This document shows positions 1 to 12,001 of a DNA stretch of 64,000 bases, piece by piece. Source of the stretch: Eledone cirrhosa. Taxonomy: Eukaryota. Position 1 is the stretch's first letter. Each line of letters starts with the position of its first letter. Position numbers and translations under genes: made by a program. Location: contig OZ024740.1 in the NCBI GenBank assembly GCA_964016885.1, forward strand, positions 266,724,001 through 266,788,000. Reading direction: 5' to 3'. Under the pieces are notes generated by a model, which made no database searches, was not told the origin of the DNA, and worked only from the letters and a program-made list of their open reading frames with translations.

Positions 1-140
1 AAAAATGCGATAATGAATGTGTCTAAAAGCGACCATAAGTATGTATATATATGTGAAAATGTATATAAATAAGTAAATATATATATATGTTTGATGTGTA
101 TAGTTAGATGTAAGTGTATTCATGTATTAAAGTGCTTATA

Positions 141-192
<52 letters not shown>

Positions 193-735
193 TATATATG
201 TATATGTATATATATGCACATAGACTAGAGTATGTATGTCTATACGTGTGTCTATATGTGTGTATATAAAGATAAGTTGAGTATAAAAATGTATACACAT
301 GAACGCGTATGTATGTACATGAATACATGTGTGTATATATATATGTATGCATGTGTATATGTATGTAAGTATGAACATGTTACTATGTGAATGTGAGTAT
401 ATGTATTTTGTAGAGGTGTGCAAATATGTTTGAGTGTGAATGCGTGGGTGAAAGGATACGTACACTTGAAAGAAAAATTTAAGTCTGAATGTTAATTAAG
501 TGCAAACACAAAACCAGCCACGCATATCTTTACTATCTCTAATCCTTCTATAGATTTAGAAAAATAACCAATAATATATTCTATAAAAATGTCAAAACAA
601 CAGATGGGAATCTAATTACTCACTGCCACCAAAAATTCTCACTGCTATCAAAAAACCACTCCCTCAACTATTCTTCTAACAACCTCACCCCTCCCTCCTA
701 ATATTCTCTATAAAAACCAAACAGGTCCTCAGTAA

Positions 736-860
736 TATTATTCTGATGAAATGACAGTAAATAATAACATTGAAATATTGAATGTCTGCATAACTAATAC
801 TTTGTAGATAGCAGCTGTTTTCAGGTTATGTAACTGTTATAGAAACACGTGTCAATAAAT
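736..860 (+). ncRNA. Type I hammerhead ribozyme motif with long stem II (3' end of a PLE-like element)
   Basis: CTGATGA at 743-749 and GAAACACGTGTC at 842-853 (palindromic stem III region, GTC cleavage triplet). Stem I is TTATT/AATAA; stem II base is ATGACAGT/ACTGTTAT. Followed by about 35 nt and then (TA)n. Confidence 0.8.
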
Positions 861-892
861 TCCTTTCAACTAAACTGTATCCATTCAAATCT

Positions 893-958
<66 letters not shown>

Positions 959-1444
959 TTTTTTTTATTTGTTTAGCAAGATTCCTTATCTGAAAACGTG
1001 TTAAAACCTATATTGTTATGCTTTGGGAGGGTCATGCTGCCAATAAGTAACCAATAAGAAACACACGCATCAGTTGTTTTCACTTCAATTTATTATAAAT
1101 TTCCGGTTGGTTGGTTGGTTCTATAACCGGATGGTTGTTCACATATTGTCAAAGTTCTTTCGTCACACATTCTGTGACCTCTTCAGTGACTGGGATTCTT
1201 TTCTTTATTTTTTATTTTGTGCCTCTCCTTTGTTCTGTCCTACGCCATCTTGTTTTTGTGTGTGTTGAGTGCTTAGTTTGCGCATGTGTTACGTCCGGGT
1301 GTCTGTGTGTTTTTATTTGTTTATTTACATGTCACTAGTTGGTTGTTTGTTCTATGTGTGTGTGATATATATATATACATATATACATGCATACATACAT
1401 ATATAAACATTTTTTTTGTGTGTCTGTATGTTTTCATTTTGTCC

Positions 1445-2954
<1,510 letters not shown>

Positions 2955-3859
2955 GGGAAGAAGACGCACGAGGTGACGGAGGTCATGAAATCGCTCCCGT
3001 AAGTTTTGAATTTTTAACATATTTAAATCATTTGTGAAATAACAACTCTTAGTACAAATGCTACGTAAAGCACCCGGCTTGAGCCCCCAAAAATTCGGAC
3101 CCAAAATATATTGTTATAAGGCTCAAATATTCAAATATTCAACTTTGTATTGTACACTGTATATCCAAAAAAAAAAAAAATGGCTATAAATGGAAGAAGA
3201 AGAACCACCCCCCTCCTCTCCTCTGGCTACACTATATAGGACAGCTAAACTCACCAACACCAGAAACTAGATACACCACCCACCCCATCATCTGTGTACA
3301 CTAAACACAACAGCCAGATAACGACATTTTCACCTTCACCGCCACCGCTCACTACGGCCATCATTACCACCACTATCCCATCACCGCCGCCACCACCCCT
3401 TGACTCCTTCACTGCTGCCACCGCTACAGCACCATCACTACAGTAATACGGTCGCATCACCGCCACCACTGCCTCGGTATCGACATCACCACCACCACTG
3501 TCTCAGTATCGCTACCGCCGCCAGTCTCCCACTTCTCCCTGCTGGCTGCTACTTCCACATTATAGAATTCCTACTACTAACAAAGAGGAAGGCATCAAAA
3601 TATATAGATAGACTCAAAAGAAAAAAGAAAAAACAAACAACAAAACCAAAGCAGCACAGCAACAACAGCAAAAACGAGAAAAACAAACAGAGAAAAACAA
3701 AAACAAAAAAAGAAACCCCAAAAACGTAAAGAAAATAAGAATGAAGAGAGAAGCAGGCGGACGGACAGAGAAGAGGGGGGAAAAAGTAAAACTTAAAAAA
3801 CAAAAACTAAGTCAGACATTCGAATACTACATTACAATGAAACTTATGCTTATTCATTT

Positions 3860-6800
3860 TTGGGGCCCTTTCTGCCCGTGTGTTTGTTTGTTTATGTGTG
3901 TTCGTATACAGCGTGGTGATAATGCCACACAAGGGCCAAGTGGGATGGCGGATCCACAGATGGCTATGTAAACATACATTCGCCAATCCTCGATAAGAGT
4001 GTTTAAATATCGAACATAAACAGTTCGAATAACGGTGAAATGGAGACTAGAACGTCATGTGACAGACTCTCACCCAACAGGTGCCCCCTGGCTCAGCAGC
4101 AGGAACCTGACTGTCAACCAAATACTGATGATGTTGGAGGAAGAAGAAGAAGGAAAGGGGCCAGAACCAACTGGACGAAAGAATTGAATAGAACTGTTAT
4201 GCAATGCTACCTGAAAAGTAACCCCAAGGAGAGGGGCTACAGGAGACGGATGCATAACATCTGGAACGAGATTGGTTTATTTAAATTAGATGAACAAAAA
4301 TTGGCCGGGCAGGCTCGGGTAATAAGAACTAATGGGTGGATAAGCGAGCTGGAACTGGAGGAACTGAGCAGAGAGAATGGCTTGGAGATGGCGGGTGTAG
4401 TATGCCAGACAAGCGAGCCGGTGGGAAATGAAGGTGAGGAGGTCCTGAGAACGGAGGAACCACCCGAAGCAGACAATGATCTGAATACTGAGATAAATAA
4501 TACCTGGAACAGAGATACGGCCACTGAGGAGATGAATGCTGACGGGCTAGGACAAGATTCGGTTGACATCCTAAATTTAGTGGTAGATGAATTGAACAAT
4601 GATAGTGGGAGACCTATGAACCTAAGATTTGTAGACAGGAAAAAGTTAAAAGAAACAACAGCTAAGGTAAACAAAGTCATCCCATACCTTGAGGCGAGGA
4701 GCCTTCACCAGTGCAACAATATCCTCAAAGCAACAGCAAATACGGTGAGGAAACTACTTGGTATAAAAGCGAGAGGAAACAACAGACAAGAAAGAGCAGA
4801 GCCGTGGTGGAAGAAGCGACTGAGTGGGCAAATCGGGGAAATGAGAAATGACATAGGAAAGCTTGAGTCACTACTGAATGGGACACTAAAAAACATAGGC
4901 ACTAAAAATAGACTGGAAATAAAATACAAAACTAGGAGTAAAAAGCTAAATATTATCATAGAGGAATTGAAGCAACGCATTGTAGCAAAGAGTGCCAAAA
5001 TCAGGCGATACGAGAACAGAGTCAGTCAGTATAAACAGAACCGCATGTTCGACAACAACCAGAAGATGCTGTTTGGACAGCTTGAGGGGAAAGAAAGAGG
5101 CAACGACTTGATCCCTGGGGCGGAACAAGCTAAAACATTCTGGAGAGGAATATGGGAGCAGGATGTTAGACACAATGCCCAGGCAGGGTGGATTGAGACA
5201 GTACAGAGGGAGATAGGTGAGCAGGCACAACAACAGACTGATTTGAGTATCACAGTTGAAACTCTTAAGGGGCAAGCCAAAAAACTAACCAACTGGAAAT
5301 CACCAGGCCCAGATGGTGTGCAGGGGTATTGGATTAAACATTTAACATCCCTCCACCCGAAGCTGACGGCCATGTTCAATGACTGCTTGGTGTCGGGTGA
5401 GGTGCCAGAGTGGTTGACAAAAGGTACCACAGTTCTGATAATGAAAGACCGAATCAAGGGTAATGATGTTACCAACTATAGACCTATCACATGTCTGCCC
5501 GTAATGTGGAAACTGTTGACGAGCATTGTGTCTGAGGAAATCTACCATCACCTCCACACAAAAAACTTGTTACCGGACGAACAGAAAGGATGCCGAAAGA
5601 AGTCACGTGGTACAAAGGACCAGTTGCTTATTGATAAGATGGTAATGGGGAATTGCAGGAGGAGACACACTGATCTTGCCATGGGATGGATAGACTACAG
5701 AAAGGCATTTGACATGGTGCCTCATTCCTGGATCACCAAAAGCCTGGAGATCTTCAGGGTGGCAGATAACATCAGACAGTTGCTGGGCAGGAGTATGGGG
5801 TCCTGGGAGACAGAGTTGACATCAACTGGAGTATACTTGGGAAGCGTGAAGATCAAGAGAGGTATCTTCCAGGGAGATAGCCTGTCCCCTCTGTTGTTTG
5901 TCCTTGCCCTGATGCCCTTGACCATTATGCTGCGAAAAGTGAGAGCAGGATACAAGTTGGGAAGGGGAGAGCTTACCATCAATCACCTCCTCTTCATGGA
6001 CGATCTTAAGCTCTTCGGGAAAAGTGAGAAGGAGTTGGATGTGCTTGTTGACACTGTCCGTATTTTCAGCAGTGATATATGTATGCAGTTTGGTATTGGT
6101 AAATGTGGAGTCATTGTGATGAAGAGGGGTAGGTTGAGCAGAAGTAACGGGATCCAGATACCAACAGGTGAGATGATAAAGGAAATTGACTCTGAGGAAG
6201 GATACAAGTATTTGGGCGTTCTGGAGGCTGATGGCATAAAGAACAAAAAAATGAAGGAATTGTTAAGAACTGAATACATTCGGAGAGTAAGGAGCGTATT
6301 GAAGTCACATCTGAACAGCAGAAATGCCATAAGCGCAGTAAATTCCCGAGCTGTGTCTATTATTAGGTACAGTGCGGGAATTCTGAGATGGAATGTTGCT
6401 GAACAAAAAGAAATGGATAGGAAGACTAGGAAGCTATTGACTATCTACAACATGTTCCACAAGAGGAGTGATGTCGATAGACTCTACCTAAGGAGATCTG
6501 AGGGTGGAAGAGGTCTTATCAGCATAGAGGACTGTGTTCAGATGGAGAAAAACAACCTATACAAATACGTGACCTATAGTAAGGAGCCAATGCTCAGAAC
6601 TGTACTGAAGGAGGGGACAGTAGGCCAGGGGATGTCCAAGGAGGAAATAACATCAAGGAGGAAGAGCAGCCTTAAGGGAAAATCCCTTCATAGTACCTTC
6701 TTTGAGAAAACTGAATTTAGAGATCCACAGACATGGAACTGGTTGAGAAGAGGAGACCTCAAAAAGGCTACAGAAGGAATGCTAATGGCTGCGCAGGAGC

Positions 6801-7518
6801 AGGCCCTCAAAACGAAGTGGTTGAAGCACCATATCTACAAGGAGGAGGCTAGCCCACTGTGCAGGATCTGTGGAGAGAGAGAGGAGACTGTGGCTCACAT
6901 TGTGTCCGAGTGTAAACACCTAGCCCAGACACACTATAAGGGCTGGATACACGATGTGATGGGCAGGGTGATCCACTGGCACCTGTGCAAAGTAAACAAT
7001 CTACCACATTCTGAGAAATGGTATGAGCATAGGCCAGAGGCGGTGATGGAGAACAGTCAGGTGAAGGTGCTGTGGGATTTTAGGATACAGACGGACAAAA
7101 AACTGGAACACAATAGACCTGACCTGGTGGTTGTGGACAAAGAAAAAAGATCGTGCCTGATTGTGGATGTGGCCTGCCCGTTCGACACGAGAGTGCAAGA
7201 GAAGGAGAGGGAGAAAATTAACCGATACCAGGACCTAAGGTGGGAGGTGAAAAGGATTTGGAACTGCCATGAAGTCAAAGTGATCCCGATTGTCATAGGC
7301 GCACTGGGGACTATCTCCAAAGGTTTCCAGGGATGGTTAAAGAAAATCGGCCCCTTCACGCTTTTTGGAACGCTTCAAAAGGCATGCTTGCTTGGAACAG
7401 CAAGAACCCTCCGATACGTCCTGAATATCTGAGGCTGCAGGTAGTGGCTTGATATTCAATCCAACGGACTTTCCAGTTAACCAACATCAATGACTGAGAT
7501 TCAAGGAATAACAATAAC

Positions 7519-7557
<39 letters not shown>
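3860..7557 (+). mobile_element. R4/Dong-like LINE, near full length (5' boundary uncertain; may extend to the (TAA)n tract ending at 2953)
   Basis: ORF above, a 3' UTR of about 75 nt, and a (TAA)n tail at about 7507-7557. Dong-type elements are known to target TAA microsatellites. Confidence 0.8.
4040..7432 (+). CDS. Single-ORF non-LTR retrotransposon protein (RT + CCHC knuckle + restriction-like endonuclease), R4/Dong-like clade
   Basis: Uninterrupted 1130-aa ORF. RT motifs NWKSPGPDG, NYRPITCL, WIDYRKAFD, QGDSLSPLLF, LLFMDDLKL and YKYLG. CRICG...HIVSEC zinc knuckle. RLE motif RPDLVVVD...IVDVACP...EK..RY. R4/Dong-like N-terminus (W..ELN..VM.CY...GYRRRM). Confidence 0.95.
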   Translation: METRTSCDRLSPNRCPLAQQQEPDCQPNTDDVGGRRRRKGARTNWTKELNRTVMQCYLKSNPKERGYRRRMHNIWNEIGLFKLDEQKLAGQARVIRTNGWISELELEELSRENGLEMAGVVCQTSEPVGNEGEEVLRTEEPPEADNDLNTEINNTWNRDTATEEMNADGLGQDSVDILNLVVDELNNDSGRPMNLRFVDRKKLKETTAKVNKVIPYLEARSLHQCNNILKATANTVRKLLGIKARGNNRQERAEPWWKKRLSGQIGEMRNDIGKLESLLNGTLKNIGTKNRLEIKYKTRSKKLNIIIEELKQRIVAKSAKIRRYENRVSQYKQNRMFDNNQKMLFGQLEGKERGNDLIPGAEQAKTFWRGIWEQDVRHNAQAGWIETVQREIGEQAQQQTDLSITVETLKGQAKKLTNWKSPGPDGVQGYWIKHLTSLHPKLTAMFNDCLVSGEVPEWLTKGTTVLIMKDRIKGNDVTNYRPITCLPVMWKLLTSIVSEEIYHHLHTKNLLPDEQKGCRKKSRGTKDQLLIDKMVMGNCRRRHTDLAMGWIDYRKAFDMVPHSWITKSLEIFRVADNIRQLLGRSMGSWETELTSTGVYLGSVKIKRGIFQGDSLSPLLFVLALMPLTIMLRKVRAGYKLGRGELTINHLLFMDDLKLFGKSEKELDVLVDTVRIFSSDICMQFGIGKCGVIVMKRGRLSRSNGIQIPTGEMIKEIDSEEGYKYLGVLEADGIKNKKMKELLRTEYIRRVRSVLKSHLNSRNAISAVNSRAVSIIRYSAGILRWNVAEQKEMDRKTRKLLTIYNMFHKRSDVDRLYLRRSEGGRGLISIEDCVQMEKNNLYKYVTYSKEPMLRTVLKEGTVGQGMSKEEITSRRKSSLKGKSLHSTFFEKTEFRDPQTWNWLRRGDLKKATEGMLMAAQEQALKTKWLKHHIYKEEASPLCRICGEREETVAHIVSECKHLAQTHYKGWIHDVMGRVIHWHLCKVNNLPHSEKWYEHRPEAVMENSQVKVLWDFRIQTDKKLEHNRPDLVVVDKEKRSCLIVDVACPFDTRVQEKEREKINRYQDLRWEVKRIWNCHEVKVIPIVIGALGTISKGFQGWLKKIGPFTLFGTLQKACLLGTARTLRYVLNI

Positions 7558-7558
<1 letters not shown>

Positions 7559-7587
7559 TGTGGAGAAGGAGCACACGAGTTGGAATA

Positions 7588-9196
7588 TATATATAAAAAT
7601 AGGGAGAAAAAGACGATTATTAGGAAGAAAAATATTTTTTTTTCCCTTTCAATTTTTCTCTTTTTTCTGGGTTAGAAAATGTTTGTGTGAAGTGTTAAGG
7701 TATTAGTAAATTCATTTATTAATTAACAATGGCATTTATTTATTTATTTATTTATATATTTAATAATTGTCTATTACCGGTTTCGGCATTTTATGCATTA
7801 TCAAAGGGGGGAATTTGTATTGGTGTAAAATGTTGGTGATGTTGAACATGTTAAGGAAATGGTGAAGAAAGAATAATGTTATTTACAAACAAGGTTTTTG
7901 AAGTGAAAAGTAAAAAGGAAAAAAGGGGGTAATGTGGAACATGATAAGGTAATGGGAAAGAAAAAATATTATTTACAGGCATAGTTCTTGAAGATAAGCA
8001 GTTTAAAATGTGTTATTATGGCAAGAGTGCTTAGTTGATCCATGATGGAGGAAAATGGTAGTCTGTGGTTTGATATGATTTCCCTTTTTAGAGAGTTGAT
8101 ATGCAGGGGAGGTAATTCAGAGTGGTCAGGTAGGGGAGAGAGAAATGAGAGAGGATAATTCATTTATATAAGAAAAAGGATTAGGTAGGGTGTAAGGGAG
8201 GTAACTCTTTAGGGATCATAGGGATTTGGTTTTGGTTCATTGTTCGTTCCAGTTTTAGTTTAGTCCGAAGTTTAGTCCATTAAGTAGAGGTTGGAATTTG
8301 TTAATGAAGTACGTTTCCTTATTGGTACGATGGATGAAAGAAGCGTTGTCTATGAATTTGTAAAAGGGGAAAATTTTAAAGTTTGGATGTTGGTTAGGTG
8401 TACAATTGGCGATATGTTCACTAAAAGCAATCTTTCTGTATTCTTGTATTTTGATTTGTGATTTATGGACGGTCATACGTTGTCGGAGGCTGTTTTTTGT
8501 CTGTCCTATGTAGTGCTCTTGACAACCTGAGCAGGTCAAAACATAGATTAGGTTTACAGATGCACATGTAAAGTTGTGTTTAACTGTGAAATGTTGTCCT
8601 TGTTTAAAATGGAATGTTGAACCTTCTATTAGATTTATGCATATGCCAGAGTTAGGCCTTCCGTATTTCTTTACTGTAGGGTTCATTGTGAGGGTTGGTT
8701 GGCTTTTGGCTTGTGTGAGAATGTTTTTTTATGGATTTTTCTCTTTTGCTCTATATGATGTTGTGTGTTTGGAGGATTTTGTTCATTCTTGGGTCTCTTT
8801 TTAGTAAAGGAAAGTTCTGGAGGATGGTGTCGAATGCCTCATTGTTGAGGTGGTTGTGTGTGGATATGTATGGTAGAGTTTTCTGTTGCGGTTCATTACT
8901 GGGTTTGGGGTGTCTGAGTTCCTGGATGTTGAGTTTTAGGGCACGCTGGAATCAATTGTTGATTAGGGATGGTGGGTAGTTTCTGCTTGAAACCAGTAAT
9001 AGACAATTATTAAATATATAAATAAATAAATAAATGCCATTGTTAATTAATAAATAAATTAACTAATACCTTAACACTTCACATAAAGTAAAATATTTTG
9101 TTTTAAATATTTTCTAACCCAGAAAAAAGAGAAAAAAATAAAAGGGAAAAAAATATATGCTTCTTCCTAATAATCGTCTTTTTCTCCCTATTTTCA

Positions 9197-9200
<4 letters not shown>
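7588..9200 (-). mobile_element. 5'-truncated Penelope-like element (Neptune-like) with an inverted copy of its 3' end
   Basis: GIY-YIG ORF 8255-8686 (TCASVNLIYVLTCSGCQEHYIGQT...LRQRMTVH). Decayed thumb region upstream to about 8985 (NYPPSLI...LPYISTHN). 7588-7784 is the reverse complement of 8989-9200. Degenerate HHR (TTGATAA...GAAACCGGTAATA) on the minus strand at about 7770-7805. Confidence 0.88.
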
Positions 9201-9686
<486 letters not shown>

Positions 9687-9726
9687 AATAAGGAAAAGCG
9701 AAGTGGTTTCAGATGTTCAAGTCCTT

Positions 9727-9918
9727 TAATAATAATTCTTTCTACTTTAGGCACAAGGCCAGCAATTACCCAGTGCATTACTGGTACTTTATTTTATCGA
9801 CCCCGTAAGGATGAAAGGCAAAGTGAACCTCGGCGGTATTTGAACTCAGATCGTAAAGGGACGTAACTATGCTGGAAAGCATGGCGTCCGACCCTCTACT
9901 GATACTGCCAATCCACGG
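9727..9918 (-). mobile_element. tRNA-derived SINE with Nin-like domain and (ATT)n tail (family A), near full length
   Basis: A-box-like TGGCAGTATCAGT and B-box GAGTTCAAATACC. Nin-like GCCTTTCATCCTTACGGGGTCGATAAAATAAAGTACCAG. Many further copies in the window. Confidence 0.85.
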
Positions 9919-9991
9919 CTGTGATATATATTTCAATGGCGAAAGTGGCCACACTGTTCTGTGCGCCAGTCTCGCGACATCGTCAGACAGC
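9918..9991 (-). ncRNA. Type I hammerhead ribozyme motif
   Basis: Reverse complement reads GCTGT-CTGACGA-(stem II)-GAAA-TATATA-TC-ACAGC. Stem I GCTGT/ACAGC is perfect. Confidence 0.8.
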
Positions 9992-11273
9992 TTGTTACAT
10001 AATAAGGTTATGTTTCCGAGGCAATCCAAATTGAATCGACATGGGCGAAACTACTTCGCTTTTCCTTATTCGATATTTACTCCGTCACTCCTATGTGGAA
10101 TAAGTACGTTGAGTGCTTGATTTGAATTGCATCAATGTTTACCCTAAGAATTTAGCTCTAATTATTTGAGGGCTCTATGATGTAACCGATATGGTGGAGA
10201 AGAGAGGAACCAGCCATGAGCTACCCCTGGAAATTCCCTCTTCCATGGGATGGAAACCCCGGACACTGGACGGACATAATAATAACTTTCGGCTGGATAA
10301 ATACGCGGAAACAAAGATAAACCCCTATTTTTCTGCACCAAATCGCATTTGAACAGAAGCCCCCTCAATTCAACCTATACATGGACAAATTGACAATAAT
10401 ATGGATCATTTTCCATATATGTACTCTGTGTTTTTGCATTCATTCATTCATTCATTCACTCATTCACTCATTCATTTATTCATTCATTGGTTCTTTTCTT
10501 TTGTGTACTTTATATATGTTTTGTTGGTTTTGTTCCATGTGATGGAAATTACGACTATGTACCCAATTGACTACTACCCGTAATACTGTAATTTACCCTC
10601 AGTTCTACTGTACGGCACCATCGTTCTGTATGTAGATAGGGTAACTGTAACATTAGGACCCCTTTCAGAACTTCTTACTTAAACATCTCTCTCCATATTA
10701 TTTCCTCACTTCAATCTATATTTTTTCTGCTCACCTCAATCCGGATTCTCACTTGAAAAATCTTTAATTGTTTAATTTCTATTTGTTAATTTTTTAATGT
10801 ATAATTTCTGATACTTGATTGAGGATTTTCGATTTTAAATTGTAATTTTTAGTTCTAATTTCACTTATAACTTCCAATATGAAACTATGATACATAGAAT
10901 TAAAAATATATACTCTTAGGGATTGATGGTCAGTTATTAGTGAGAGGTAGTATAGAGACCTGTAAATACTAACACTCTCCCATCCCCACTGGCTTTCGGC
11001 TGACTGCCACAGATGTGATGGGAAGCAGTAAACTATGGTGCTGGCTTGAATGGGTCATTGTCTGGCTGAGAGAGGGAACTGACCAAGCGAATTCCGTTTA
11101 AATCTGCGGTAGCTAATGGTCAACTTCCCCCTGGACCTGCGCCTGCGCAGACCAGTGGGGGTGAATTGGTGCTCACAGGGGAACGGATGAAGAACCCAAA
11201 AGCACATACTTCGTCCGTTCCCATGTCGATTTAATTTGGATCGCCTCGGAAACATAACCTTATTATGTAACAA

Positions 11274-11347
11274 GCTGTCTGACGATGTCGCGAGACTGGC
11301 GCACAGAACAGTGTGGCCACTTTCGCCATTGAAATATATATCACAGC
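11274..11347 (+). ncRNA. Type I hammerhead ribozyme motif
   Basis: GCTGT 11274-78, CTGACGA 11279-85, GAAA 11331-34, TATATATC, ACAGC 11343-47. Confidence 0.82.
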
Positions 11348-11355
11348 ATTATTAG

Positions 11356-11453
11356 ACTTTGCCTTTCATCCTTACGGGGTCGATAAAATTAAGTACCAGT
11401 AATGCACTGGGTAATTGCTGACCTTGTGCCTAAAGTAGAAACAATTATTATTA
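11356..11453 (+). mobile_element. Family A SINE, 5'-truncated
   Basis: ACTTTGCCTTTCATCC...GTGCCTAAAGTAGAAACAATTATTATTA, with ATTATTA on both sides. Confidence 0.85.
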
Positions 11454-11786
11454 AAGGACTTGAACATCTGAAACTACTTCGCTTTTCCTTATTCGATATT
11501 TACTCCGTCACTCCTATGTGGAATAAGTATGTTGAGTGCTTGATTTGAATTGCATCAATATTTACCCTAAAAAAAAATGTATGTATATATGTGTGTGTGT
11601 GTGTGTATACAATGATATTAAATAAATGGAAACTATATTTATAAAACCATATTTATTCTATTATATATATTTCAAGGGTACCAAAAACTTGTCAGTTATA
11701 AACATTTATATTTGTTGAATTTCCAACAAATTAAATATCCCTATATCCCTTCTACTTATATATGTATATATATATGTGTGTGTGTG

Positions 11787-11962
<176 letters not shown>

Positions 11963-12001
11963 CATATATATATATACACACATAATATATATATACATAT
12001 A

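Larger units (their letters stand above)
9687..11570. mobile_element. HHR-bearing fold-back element (probably PLE-derived and non-autonomous) with SINE insertions in both arms
   Basis: 9687-10045 is an inverted copy of about 11220-11493. 10047-10148 is a direct copy of about 11470-11570. No recognisable RT or endonuclease coding remnant inside. Confidence 0.7.

Noticed and set aside
3860-3960. Possible HDV-like ribozyme in the 5' UTR of the R4/Dong element
   Set aside because: A GGCCCTT/AAGGGCC stem is present, but I could not thread the P2/P3/L3/P1.1 nested pseudoknot or the catalytic C.
4237-7359. Antisense ORFs overlapping the LINE ORF (and similar ones over RTE and PLE remnants)
   Set aside because: Shadow ORFs of the coding strand, with no independent motifs.
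10150-10400. Trp/Pro-rich coding-like stretch inside the HHR fold-back element
   Set aside because: The plus-strand frames examined are interrupted and no domain motif is recognisable.
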